A stretch of 64,000 nucleotides of DNA, from positions 8,432,001-8,496,000 of the forward strand of contig CP075493.1 in the NCBI GenBank assembly GCA_021613535.1, in the 5' to 3' direction. The first letter of the stretch is position 1. Each line of letters opens with the position of its first letter. The notes under the pieces were generated by a model. It was not told the origin of the DNA, ran no database searches, and was given only the letters and a program-made list of their open reading frames with translations. A program made the position numbers and the translations under genes. Shown one piece after another: positions 51,777 to 64,000 of this stretch. Source of the stretch: Adineta vaga. Taxonomy: Eukaryota > Animalia > Rotifera.

Positions 51777-52614
51777 GAAGAATATGAAAAAATGTATTCC
51801 TGAAAATATCTTCATTTCTATTTGTTGATAACAGTGATTGAATGATCGTTCAAACAAATGATAAGAACCGTTGGGAGAAAACAAATTACTTCACTATTTG
51901 TATATAAATTTGTCAACAAATTGTAGAACTTAAAGAAGTTATCTTTTTTTCATCATATTGTCAATGAACATTCCATCAATTTGTTTTTTTTTCGTTTCAT
52001 ATGATTCATTGAGATTTTACTTTCTTTCTCTCATTCGAATAATATGTGCACATGTGCCATACATTTCTGATGAAAATAACTGAATCCTATGTATATAAAT
52101 TAATGATGATGAATAGTTGGTTCGTTGTTTTCTTTTCATATTTCGGTTTTTATATTCTTATTCATGGTTTTCTGACTGTATGTATTCAAATTTGTCAACT
52201 TTCGATGATAATAGAACAATAATAAATGAAATTAGATTGAATATATTAACGCAGTCGACAGCTAAGACTTTCAAAGTATTTCATCAATCATTCGTTCTCG
52301 ATAATCTTATCACCGAAATAATGTTTCGCAAGAAAAGCACCGCTGCATGTTTATTAGTTAGAATGAAAAAGAGAGAGAGAGCGAGAGAGAGAATAGTAAA
52401 TCGTACATTGTATAAGACAAGCGAACATAAATGTATAATAATAAAAATGAAGGACAATTGTCACAAATGATAATTTACATCACACAGATGGAAAGCTAAA
52501 TACTCATGGACGTTTTATTTAATAATAATAACATTTGTTAATAGATTGTTTATGAATAAGAAGAAAAGACAAATATTCATTAATAGACTTTAGGACATGT
52601 TAGTAGAGTTTTTT

Positions 52615-55490
52615 TTAGATTTCTTCAACGTAATTAGATGGAAATAAACCTGATCGCGTTCCAATTTTACCAAACCACCATTCTTCGTGCATCTAAAATT
52701 GAGAAATATGTTTGTTTGTAATGTAAAACAAAGATTAAGATAATAGCTTTTTTTTACTTTTTGAATATTAGTAATAATTTCATTTTCTTCGAAACCTAAT
52801 TCATCATCTTCAGCTAAATAAGAATAAGATTTTTAGAAAAAAACACGAATGGAAATTCAATGGATTTACTTTTTTGATAACTATAACGTGCTATGCATGT
52901 AATACCTTGATTATGATTATTATTTGATGAGTGTTCCGAGTGATTGACAGGTGTTGGTGATGGACTTCTTCGTGTTGTTGTTGTTGATGGTTGATTGTAC
53001 GCTTTTGGATCATCAGACCATTCATCATCATCTCCATTTTTTGATGATGACGATGAAGCTTTTCGTTGTCGTAATAATGAAGAAACATTTACATTACCAA
53101 CAAATTTTATTGGATCTTCGTTTGTGGATGATTCTTGTGTTTCATATTTGTTACTTGCTGTTTCATGGACAGCTGGTGCATGAACTTGTGCGAGTACTGG
53201 TGCTGGTGCCGGTTGTGGCTGGACGAGGAACAGGTGGTGGTGATGGTTCTCGTTTTGATTGAGTGATTGGTGGTGGAGTTGCTTCACCATGATTTACCTT
53301 ACCGTTACCATTGATGGATGATTTTTGATCATTAACAGTTCGTTTATTTCGTTCTTCCGCAACACGCTTCGCTGATTCTTCCTCTTGTTCTTTTTTCATA
53401 TTTTCAAATCTATTAACGGCATAGATAATTATTTATTTCTCTAAATTGTTATTTCGAAATTTACCTTGCTCGAATATTACCAACACCCACACTGCTACCA
53501 ACAGGTGGTGCCGATTTTTCCTCACTTTTTCGTTCTAAAAAGTACAATAAGAGTTATTTCATATTATTGATAATAAAAAAAGAATTAATCTACCTGATAT
53601 TTGCGTTTCAGAAGCAGCCAATCGACTGGGCTCTTCCTTTTGAATACCATATTTTCCACCAAAACCCACACTATAATCTAATAATTACACATTTATATCG
53701 AAAATAGAGAATGAAGAGTTCAATTAAACTTACCTTTTTGTGATGAATGTTTCTGTATTGTTTCTTTATGAGAAAAATTTACTGCTGACTTATCTTGTGC
53801 ATTCGAATCAGTACCAAACTTTCCACCAAAACCCTTGGAAAAATCTAGATAAACAGAAATAAATAGAGTCTAAGAATAAATTTTTCCAAACCTGTTTGTG
53901 ATGGGTGCTTTTCAACTTCCGCTCTGTAATCAAAACCAACAGCAGATTTATCTTTTGGACGTTCATCAACTCCGTATGCACCACCGAAACCTTTTTTTCC
54001 ATCTATAATCAAGAAAAAAAGAACTAAATAAATATATATAATTACTAGCATTTTAGTTCTGCAATGCATATATCATTGATAATGATCAGTTCTTATGTTT
54101 TCGTTATACAGAAAGTAATGATATCTTGAAATGTGTATAATAATTTTGAGAAACATACGTGTAATTATGGGTAACCGACAGAAAGGTCGCCGAACAGAAG
54201 AGTGGGAACTTAAAGCAATATCAAATATTGTCGATATTCCTCAAGATGAAATCAATGAAATTTACAAGCTCTTTCAACGTGCATCAAAAGATTATCTACT
54301 CAATAAATATGAATTTCGAAAAATCTACAAAGAACAATATAAACGAGCATCGTTGAAATTTGATCGACAAACAAGAATAATGATCGATCAACTTTTTGCC
54401 ATCTTCGATAGAGATCGAACTGGTCGTTTAACATTCGATGAATTCATTTCTCTCTATATTATGTTACAACATTCGATTGATCCATATATACGTCTCAATT
54501 TTTTACTTGATCGTTATTCACAAACGAATGGTTGTATTACAGCAAATATGGGTCGACATCTTCTTCAAGATATGTCACATTTATATGGTATTCATATTGA
54601 TGCTCAACAAGTATGGAAGAGAATAGAAATGTTTAGTGAATCGAACAATGGATATGTTCCAAAACAAGCTTTTATCGAATACTTTACTAATCATCCTGCT
54701 TATTCATCAGCTTTGTATATGAATGTATAGATATTTTGTTATAGTTGTTATTGTTATATTATATTTATTATAAATGAAAGAAAAAAAAGTAAGATCTATG
54801 TTCGTGCTTAATCACTTGTGAATAGTGAAACAAAATCAAATCGAGCGGAGAATGATATTTTTTTGAAAACTGATTCTGAAACTTAAGCGGTGAGCAGCAT
54901 ATGCAGTTCAATCAACTAGGAAAGATATACTCTAGAGTATACATATAGTAGAAATTTGTTGAATGAATATCTTAACAAAAATTCGATAAATAGTATTCTT
55001 TTGTCTTACCTGTTTGTGAGGAATGTTTTTGTATATCAGCTTTGTAAGAAAAATCTGCTGCAGACTAAAAGAATTCAGAATATTTCAAATAAATATGATA
55101 AGAAGAAGAAAAATATGTTAGTTTACTTTATCCATCACTTGATCTGTACCATATTTGCCTCCGTAGCCTCGATTAGGGTTCTTTTCTTGATAGTTATTTT
55201 TTACTGTTTGATCAGCTGTTTTAATTTTGTCTTGAATGGATTTAAAATCGACATGATCAACACGACCAGAACCAGGAACACTTGTCGAACCATAACGTTG
55301 AGATTTTTCTGTGATTTGATTCTATATAAACAAAGACAAAGAGAATAGTTTTGAATTATAAAAGAATAAAATTATATGAGTTTACTTCATAGCTGATGTC
55401 TGTTTCCCAATCATCATCTTTTGCATCAAATTTTGGTTTTGGTGCAGTTGGTTTAGCTATCGGCTTTTTCAAAGCTTCACGCCACGACAT
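52615..55490 (-). CDS. CTTN: Cortactin/HS1-like actin regulator, multi-exon
   Basis: N-terminal DDDWETD (Arp2/3-binding), ~3.5 HS1 repeats (YGGKYGTD, GFGGAYGVD, GFGGKFGTD, GFGGKYGIQ), NIRARFEN coiled coil, Pro-rich region, C-terminal SH3 (EEWWFG...GLFPSNYVEEI). Frame break at ~53219-53297 (see findings). Confidence 0.9.
54167..54730 (+). CDS. EF-hand calcium-binding protein (NCS/recoverin-like), intronless, nested antisense in a cortactin intron
   Basis: MGN... N-terminus (possible myristoylation), LNKYEFRKIY, canonical EF loop FAIFDRDRTGRLTFDEF. It lies inside the cortactin intron 54003-55009. Confidence 0.8.
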   Translation: MGNRQKGRRTEEWELKAISNIVDIPQDEINEIYKLFQRASKDYLLNKYEFRKIYKEQYKRASLKFDRQTRIMIDQLFAIFDRDRTGRLTFDEFISLYIMLQHSIDPYIRLNFLLDRYSQTNGCITANMGRHLLQDMSHLYGIHIDAQQVWKRIEMFSESNNGYVPKQAFIEYFTNHPAYSSALYMNV

Positions 55491-56030
55491 TTTTATGTTA
55501 TATGACGAATTTTATTATTTGAAATGATTCATTTTTGACAGAAAATTACTTCATATACGAACGGTTAGAATTTTTATCCAATCTCAATCTTGAAACGTCA
55601 TAAGCGACTGTTTGGTTGGACGAAATGGAGGCAAGAGAAAAGCGACACAAAGGTAGAATACGTCGTATGTTTATAATCTACCGTCTACGCTCCGACACGA
55701 AAACACCTTTTTCGATCAATTAAGAATACATTCAGTAGTTACATTTTCTCAATCGTTTTTTACTTGCCATATATTATCATATAACCAGCTGTGACCTTTG
55801 TATTTGTTTGAAGCATCGCACTACTTTGAAATTCATCAGCTTGATTTTTTTTACAAAAAATATAGAGAGAAATAGAAATTATTTGAATAAAAACTAGGCA
55901 AATCTTACTTGACTACCGTTGTGTTACATTATTGAACAACTTGTTTAAAAAGAAAAGAGTGTTTAAATAGTTCTTTTTTTTATTCCATGTAAACATTTTG
56001 TCACACTTTAGTTCTTTTCTAGATTGTAAT

Positions 56031-56620
56031 ATGCGTACTGCCGATTTTCTAGCAGCTTTTCTAAGCCAATTTTTTGCATGTTTGGTATGTATTGATGAAA
56101 TAGAATAATTTCATTGAAGATATCAATGAAATTATAATTATTATTATTAGGTGATTGCAGCGTCCGAATCTTTATCAGCAAATCAATGTTTTGACCTTGG
56201 TTTTGCGTCAAATAATTTAATGTGTTCAAGTTGTAATGATTTGGGACAATTTAAATTGGGTGATTTAGAAAATTCATGTCGACAATGTTGTACCAATGAT
56301 CAAGAAGAAGGAGAAGGAAAAGCAGTAAGAACAAAAAGAATATAGAAAGAATAGTTTCGTATTTTATTCTTCTATAGAAATATCATCGAGCTGTTCTTCA
56401 AGTATGTTCCTGAAAATTGGGACGTTACGCCCAAATTTCGGCGTTCATTCGAAGTGACCGTCCCGGTCAATTTCCTTCCTTCAGTGTTCAGTATGTTCGT
56501 GGTGCTGATCCAATACTGAACTTATACAATGATCGAGATGAGCAAATTGAATCAATGGGTATTGAGAAATGGGATACGGATACTTTAACAGCATTTCTCG
56601 AAGAAAATCTTGCTCATTAA
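56031..56620 (+). CDS. SELENOF: Selenoprotein F (Sep15) with Sec-encoding UGA, 3 exons
   Basis: Exons 56031-56084, 56151-56324 and 56378-56620. CFDLGF..NLMCSSC...CRQCC; AVLQVCS-TGA(56411-56413)-KLGRYAQISAFIRSDRP; YVRGADP; IEKWDTD. Confidence 0.93.
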
Positions 56621-56721
56621 ATCAATCAATACGTACATAATATAAATCAATATTTCTTCTTTGATATTTGTTTAATGAATTGACTTTGAAAATTTTGTAT
56701 TCAATATTTTCATTTTATTTG

Positions 56722-56788
56722 AAATTCTTATGAACGAAAAACACCAAACCTATTTAGGCGTGATTTTCATGATTGTTAAAATGAATTT
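56722..56788 (+). promoter_or_regulatory. Type II SECIS element in the SELENOF 3' UTR
   Basis: Lower stem AAATTC/GAATTT; core ATGAA (56730) and TGAT (56770); upper stem GAAAAACAC/GTGATTTTC; unpaired AAA followed by mini-stem CCTA-TT-TAGG. Confidence 0.85.
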
Positions 56789-57319
56789 ATTCAAACTATT
56801 TTGAAAGAAAATTCATTGAACTTTTATCTTACATGAAATATTTTTTTATATTTTTTCTTTCGTCTTGTTATTTAATTAAAAGAATCTTTTCTTTCCAATA
56901 GAAGTTCTTCATTACATATACTGACGTTTGAGAATGTATATCAGAATTGATCAATCCATTAGCTAAACCTTGAATTTAATCTTGACTCGAATTTGCTTAT
57001 TTAGTCTTGTTGAGTCTAAGGATTCACCTCTGTCTATATATGTCAATCGACATATGGAAATCTGGAAAATCCTAGTGATCTTTACTTTCTCTTTCTTCTG
57101 ATTCTTATCAAGAACATAACATATTAGTGTTGAAAACTCAATTACATTCTCTTCCAGAATCATAGATATATCTAATCTTCTATTCTCATTAGATATTGAA
57201 TATTCTATAAGAATATTTCGATTACTTTTTCTTTATTCTTATATACACAAAATGATCAACTGTAAATAATTCAATTAAAATCAAACGGAAAAAATACTTG
57301 TTCGTTTTGTTTTCTTTCT

Positions 57320-58668
57320 TTAGAAATTATTATTTGGCATTTTAGTTTTTGTTTGAAAACGATACGCTTTTTGTATATGTTTTAACGTATGACGTCGATG
57401 ACATTGACAACGAAGTATACGAGCAAATGTTCGTCGAAATGTTCCATTACATAATGCATAGAGCATTGGACTAAATAAGAAATTTACATTTTTTTCAAAG
57501 AAAAAAAAAAGATTATTTTTCAAAGCAAAATTTACTTAATCGTTGAATTTATGTAACATAACATATAACCAAATCGTTCCCAATACATTGGAAAACCATA
57601 TTGAAATGCATCTGGTTTGATAGTTGATATAATGATATTTGTATTATATGGAAGCCATGTGACAATGAATGCAATAAGAATTGCACTAGAAAGAGAAAGT
57701 GAAATGAATGTTTGTTTCATCTTGTTTACTACCTGAGAGTTTTAGCTGCTTTTTGATCTTTCATTTTTTCAATACGTGTTTTATTTGGTTTAACATTTTC
57801 ATTGATTTGACTTTTTGCTGTTGATTTATTCGAACTAATGGCTTCATTTGATGATTGTTTATTTGTTATGTTTGAAAATTTTCGATTTATTTGTCGATCA
57901 TTTGATGATAAAACATTCGGATAGTTTCGATTTGATGAACGTCGCCAATTATTTTCATGTGTATACATCGTTGAATGCGTTGCTGGAAGTGAAACAGTTG
58001 TTTGACCACGTAATCTTGATTCAACATATTCAATATCTTTATCAATAGTATTGATTATTATTTGTCGATAATTTTGTTGATGAGGATGAGCAAGACAATC
58101 TTCCGATGCTGATGATAAAGATTGATAACCTGGATGAGTTTCATATTGATTCGATTTTTGACATTGTTCTTGATCACATCGACGGATCCATGGATCGGTT
58201 GATGGAACTAATCTTGTTTGTTGTTCTAATGCATCTTCGATGAGATTCAAATGTGGGTCAACGAGAGGAATTTTGCCATTATTATTTGATAAACAAAATG
58301 AATTAGTTAAATTTTGATCACTTATTGGAGATATAACAGGATGAGATTCACTTGATGATTCATCATCTTCATCTTTTCGTGGTATTGAAGGCGCTTCTTC
58401 ACTATGTCTAGAATAAAATAACTATATCTCTGATTGACTATAAATATAACTAATCAACAATCTTAATTTTCCTTTCCTTTCCTTTCTTTTCCTTTTCATA
58501 TGCACGTAAATATTATTTTCAGCTATCTGTTCCAATTGTCTCTCATCGATAGTTTGTTTGAAAGGATGTCAATCTCTATTGTCTCATCATTTCTCCTCTA
58601 ATGCACAAACGCACATGTCAAATAAATATTAGACAAACAAAAATATTTATTATATTTGTTAATATACG

Positions 58669-58701
<33 letters not shown>

Positions 58702-59767
58702 ATGTAATCATTTATAAGATATAGTTAATAATATTTTTTTTACCTTTTCGAACAACAATTTAAATTGGAAAAAAATCGATTGGGTTGATTGATATTCGAT
58801 GAAATTAATTTTTTATTCGTTGATGTTTGAATTGAAAGAATTCGTCCATGAGATCGATTGGAATCAGTTGATATACTTTCATCCTGTTCCATACCTGATG
58901 TTGTAGCAACAATACTTAAATTTTTTGGTATACGACCATTAACATTTGTATTTGTTGTTGTCGATGCAGTTTGTGATAATGAACTATGATGCTGTGCTTG
59001 TAAAAGATGTAATTCTTTTCGACGTTTCACTGTTTCACGATAAATACGAAAGTAAAGTAAACACATTAATGTAACTGGTAGATAGAATGCAGCAATTGCA
59101 GTTGGAATTGCCACTAGAATCAACGAATACAAACGTTAATCTTTATAACTATATTTTACCTGTCGCTTTTGAAGCAAATGGCAATCGACATTCACCTGGC
59201 GGAAGACGTTTATCAAACAATGGCCATGCCCATATCCACTAGAATATAAAATCATATTACCTATTTTCTCATCATCAAAGAATCTACCGGTGTCCAAATT
59301 AAACATGATATAGTCCAACCACATGCGATCATCAATGAAACACGTTTCGGTGTTCGTTTTGCTCGATATGTTAGTGGTCGTGTTATTGAAAAATATCGAT
59401 CGAAACATATCAATAAAAGATTAGCAACAGATGCATTTGACATTGTATAGTCAACACTTAACCAAACATCACACAGAAATGAATTGAATGGCCAACGATC
59501 TTGTTCAAAAAAAGTAAAAAATATCGGCATAGAAAAAAATCCAATTGTAAAATCAGCAATTGCAAGTGATAAGAGAAAATAATTCGTTACAGTACGTAAT
59601 TGTTTATTAATACGAAATGAAATTAATACAAGTAAATTACCGATTGTTGTTAATAAAGATAAAATTGTTCCACCAATAATAATAAGAATTGTTTTATATA
59701 ATGTACCTGAAGAAGTTAATGTTGATGTACAATTATTATACAATAAACATAGATGATGTTCAGACAT
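57320..59767 (-). CDS. Muscarinic acetylcholine receptor, multi-exon
   Basis: [17 protein letters not shown]; [41 protein letters not shown]; [17 protein letters not shown]; long ICL3; KAAKTL|[15 protein letters not shown]; LCYINSTI|[10 protein letters not shown] further 5' exon may exist upstream of 59845. Confidence 0.92.
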
Positions 59768-62310
59768 CTAGAAAAATCAATGTTATGTATATGAGCAAAG
59801 AAATCAGCATTGAATTCGGAAAAGAAGAATGCTTATGTACTTACATATTGTCAGAAACGATGACAGAGGGAGAGACGAAGAAGAAGAAGAAGAAGAAACA
59901 AAGAGAAAAAGCAAAGTCGTATTTGCATTTAGATGAACCAACCAGTATAATCATATCTTTTCAAATATTTCACAAAACTACATCAAATCAATTTCTATAG
60001 ATAGCTAAGAAAGAAATCTATCCCTTGAAATCAAATGACAGACGACAATAGAATATTCTATGTAAAGAATTCGAACAATGTTTTTTTTCTCTCACTAGTT
60101 TCCTATGAAAATATTATCGAATGTATGCTTGAATGACTTAATGATCTCAAAATCGATATTTTCAATTAGAAAAACTAACAAGTCATTCGTTGTCATTCTA
60201 TATATATAATTCCATGTCTCAAAAACTGCTTTTATTTCATCTTGTACGGTAGAAATAAGACTAAGAGAAAAAGAAACGAAGACAACCATCTCTTTTCTCT
60301 ATCAATACCCTTCCAATCAGACAAGAATACGTTTTTTTTTAGTAGTAATTATTTTCTTCTTAGTGATATTTACTCAAACAGATCTTCCGTTACTAATCCT
60401 TTTTTACACAAATATTTCTTTAGGAAATAACAGAAACTTCTAGTACATTGAATTGCCTACATTTCTCTTTTCCAATAACATTGTTTTTAAGCATTAATTT
60501 CTTTTTTTTATCCGATAGCAAAGATTTCTATGACTTTTGACTTGTTTATAAGACAGATCTGTTTTGCTTCTTACCCTTTATGTACACTTAAAAGCCTATC
60601 GATATACAATTATCTCAGATTGCATGTTAAAAGATACGTCTTTGTCTGTCAACATACATATCTACACCTCAGTCGAGTTTTTCTATTCTAAATAGAAAAT
60701 CATACGAACATTCCATCATCAATGATGTAAGTGTTAATGTAACAGATACATATATAGGTATACGTAATCATATATATATGTATGTATATTAACAGACACT
60801 TCTGATAAGATAAACTCACCGATCGAACAAACAATAATCATATGACTTTGTATGTTCTTCATGCTGTCAGCTTTCATCTCATCATTTGATCTTGTTTGAT
60901 AGCATCGACAAGGACTTGACAAAAGAAAGAACAAGATTAGTTTTGGAATGTTAATGTTTGAACATACGGATTGATCTATGTGGCTCGAGAACGGAAATAT
61001 TCATTCGATAAAAGTAGATTTTATTCTTTTACGTAAGAGTTGAACCTTTTCATTGTCGGAAGAATTTATATGATTTAGAAATCATCAATGAATTCATAAC
61101 GAGAAAAAAAAGTGTTAAATATCTCGTGACAATTTGATCACATATCTCTAATATGTCTGTTTTACTTAGAGAAAATGTTGATTGATAGTTATTTCCACTC
61201 GATAATCTGTCATTGATGAACAGAGAAAGAAATCTTTCTCTTTCCCTTTCTCGGTTATATCAATATATGATAATAATAATTGACAATAACATCTTGAAAC
61301 CTTAGATTATTTTACCCGACAATCCTGTCTTTGTCAATTTTCTCTTGCTTCATCAATTAATCACTCATTAGGCATCTGAATTCGAGGCGTAAATAGATTG
61401 CTTTATAGGATATGTGAGACACAATAAGAACGATGAAGACATTCGTGGTCGTAGGAGAAAGAAATCTCCGAAGACAAAAAATAGTCTTAAGAAAATATTT
61501 TCAGAACATCATTGTGAAATCAATGTGACAGTCAGACAAACAACAACTAGAACGATTGCAATTGGAACCATATTGTGCCAGAATCGTCGTATCTTACTTT
61601 CTGATATACATTTTATGATGATTTATCTGTGTGACACAATAGGATACATGAATAAGCATACGTATGCACGCATACGTGTGTCGTTAAGTAAGAAAAAGAA
61701 AAGAAGACAACTATTGACAAGAGAAAATGGATAGAATTGATCATTGTTATTATTCTTTGAAATACCTGGGATGATTAACAAGGGAATTGATTTATATTTT
61801 CGTATGAATAATGATTGCTGTCCAAGTGTCGACAGGTAGAGAAAAAAGAGAACGGTAAACAACAAAATGTTAGAAAACAAAAGAATAAAATTAGTAGAAA
61901 AAAGCACTTTGATCATTGTGAAACAGCAAATTTCGAATGTGCTCTGTTATGGTCTTTTTTTTGTAAAGTAAGAAAAGTTCACGTGGTGACATTGTCATCA
62001 CGATTCTAATAATCATATATAAACATCTGGATACTATTCGAAAGAATTTGATACTTTGTGGATAATTTTAATCATAAGACATTCTTTAATTTTTGTTTTC
62101 ATAAATAAACAGAGAAAAAAAGCCACAAATAAATTAAATAGAATAGAAATTTAGCTTGTGCTATCAATACAAATACCATCCGAATTTGCTTTGATCAAAA
62201 AATCATAGAAACAATTTTCTATTGTTATTTATTGAAATGTTTCATTGAAAAATATATATGATCATTTGGAATACAATACAGTGAAAATTAGAAAGGATTT
62301 CTATTCGAAT

Positions 62311-64000
62311 CTATGATTTTGCTAGTTTTCCAAAAATGAAAAATCCACCGACAGCACCAACAATCACTCCTGCTGTGATAAATCCAATCCAAAGTCCTGT
62401 AATTCTAGGTCCTGTACTTTTCACTTTTTTCTGAGTAGATTGATGTCGAATATTTAATGATTCAGGACGAGCACGTAAGACAATTTGTTTCGAATTTGTT
62501 CTTGCACGAAACGTAAGAGCATTCGAATCAATAACTGCATTAAGACGTTCAATCAATGTATCTAATGATGCTTCTTTAATAGGTACTTCAACAGGTCCTG
62601 TACGCGGTGCTGCATCAAGTAGAGTAAATGTTACTAGAATATCATTGTTTTCAGCTTGATCAACAATTAGATTTGATATACGAATAGGTCGAACATATAA
62701 TGTAAACATTAATGTTTCAAAGATATGAAGACGAAGATAATTTAGATTTTCAAAAACGGGATATCTCTTTTCATTGGCGATTGTAAATGATAAAACGCCG
62801 ATATTGAAATTTTCTAGAAGTAATCAAAATTAGATTGTGTTGTTCAAGAGAAAATAAATAAATAGATTTTTACCAGATGGTCCTAATGCTCGATAACAAT
62901 CAGCTAGAGCAAAATCAATTTCAAAAATAGTCATAGGATCACGACGATAATTGAAAATAGCTTTAAACGAAAAAGAAATTTATTAAAATGAGTATCATTA
63001 ATATTGATGTTACTTACTCGTTTCAAAAGCACTGACTGGTACGCCATTGGCATATGTTTTCCAAGCCATTTTGACTGGAAATGAATGTTTTATTGGTTGA
63101 CCATTTACACTCGATGCCCAATACCATTCTTGATGTTGAACAGTATTATTTGAAAAGTATTTTTCACCAATCCATACATGACACCAAACATGATCACGAC
63201 ATCGTTTTTCACCGGTATAATGATAATTCATACCATCCATGACAATTAAATGTTGTGGAGAACCCATTTGTACCAGATTTGGTTTTTCATCGACAGCTAC
63301 TGCATCACCAAAAAATGTATTGATTTCATTAACTTTACATTGCCGTGTTGTATGATTATAATGGTAACTAAGGCCAGTACCAAAATCATGTATTTCTGTA
63401 GAATGCGCCCAATTAGGTCCACCATATGGATCAGGAAACCAAATGTCAAAACGGGTAAATTGAAATTCTGAATCAAAAAGACCATGGGTACTGTAAATTG
63501 AACTATTCGCTTCTGGTACAAAAGCTTCAGAATTTGAACTGATTCGGTCTGGAAGATCTGTTGGCATTGGTAAAGTTGCTGTTCGATTTGGGCAATATAC
63601 TCCAGCTGGTGTTTCTAATGCTTGACGTTCTTCGCGACGATTTGGATTTGGTATATAACGAAAAACATTATATGTATATGTTTCGATTCGATTCAATTGA
63701 TTTTTAACACGTACATCAATTTGTAGAATAATACTTTGATTACGTGATAGATATGCTTGAAATTTATCAGGATCCGATACATAATATGTTGCTGCAACAG
63801 TTGCTTTGATATCGTTAACAAAGAAACAAGACTTAAATACATTTGTTGGAATACCACGCAGTTCTGTATCACCAGCATATCGAACACCCCATTGTGGATT
63901 GATTTCATTTCGAGCATTAAAACCTAATAATGTTGATGGTTTGAGAATTAATGTATTCGGTTCAATAACACTGGTTTCTGATGAAGGTTCAATGACATGT
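62311..64000 (-). CDS. Partial (5'-truncated) membrane glycoprotein with ependymin/LolA-like beta-rich repeats and a C-terminal TM helix
   Basis: Frame is open from the window edge: YAGDTELRGIP..., ETPAGVYCPNR, EIHDFGTGLSY, YTGEKRCR. Last exon ends GLWIGFITAGVIVGAVGGFFIFGKLAKS. The family label is from motif recall only. Confidence 0.65.

Noticed and set aside
59800-62300. Several 60-106 aa ORFs upstream of the muscarinic receptor
   Set aside because: Low-complexity K/F/I-rich translations typical of AT-rich non-coding DNA; likely 5' UTR, intron and promoter sequence.
1-64000. Horizontally acquired bacterial or fungal genes, transposons, telomeric repeats, CRISPR arrays
   Set aside because: All recognisable proteins belong to metazoan or eukaryotic families, and I saw no RT, transposase, long direct or inverted repeats, or repeat-spacer arrays. 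The unassigned ORFs cannot be excluded without a database search.

Overview
AT-rich (~30% GC), gene-dense eukaryotic DNA with many short (~50-60 nt) GT-AG introns. The gene content is metazoan and the architecture fits a bdelloid rotifer, though the taxon is my inference. I assembled about 24 protein-coding loci by hand-splicing the ORF fragments. In order: a p160/Taiman (NCOA1-3-like) coactivator, a beta-propeller membrane protein, a PTB protein, TMEM231, IP6K, a class A GPCR, NPRL2, three tandem RING-less TRIM-like (B-box/coiled-coil/SPRY-like) genes, Caskin, a TLC-domain protein, two unassigned genes, a fourth TRIM-like copy, a Gi/o-type G-alpha, RNF19, a miniature NCOA6, cortactin with a nested antisense EF-hand gene, SELENOF, a muscarinic receptor, and a partial ependymin/LolA-like membrane protein. 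Signals the ORF track misses: (1) a U12 minor-spliceosome snRNA gene at 36893-37050 (-); (2) an in-frame Sec UGA plus a type II SECIS in SELENOF; (3) a p160 coactivator that appears to lack its bHLH but carries an AT-hook and five LxxLL boxes, with a cluster of NR5A/ERR-type sites in its long intron; (4) single-lesion disruption of two of the three tandem TRIM-like genes; (5) a reading-frame break in cortactin that only a coding-like 79-nt intron (or an indel) repairs; (6) a possible operon-like gene pair. No transposon, CRISPR, rRNA, tRNA or clear horizontally transferred gene was recognised. Exon boundaries were read by eye and need RNA-seq confirmation.
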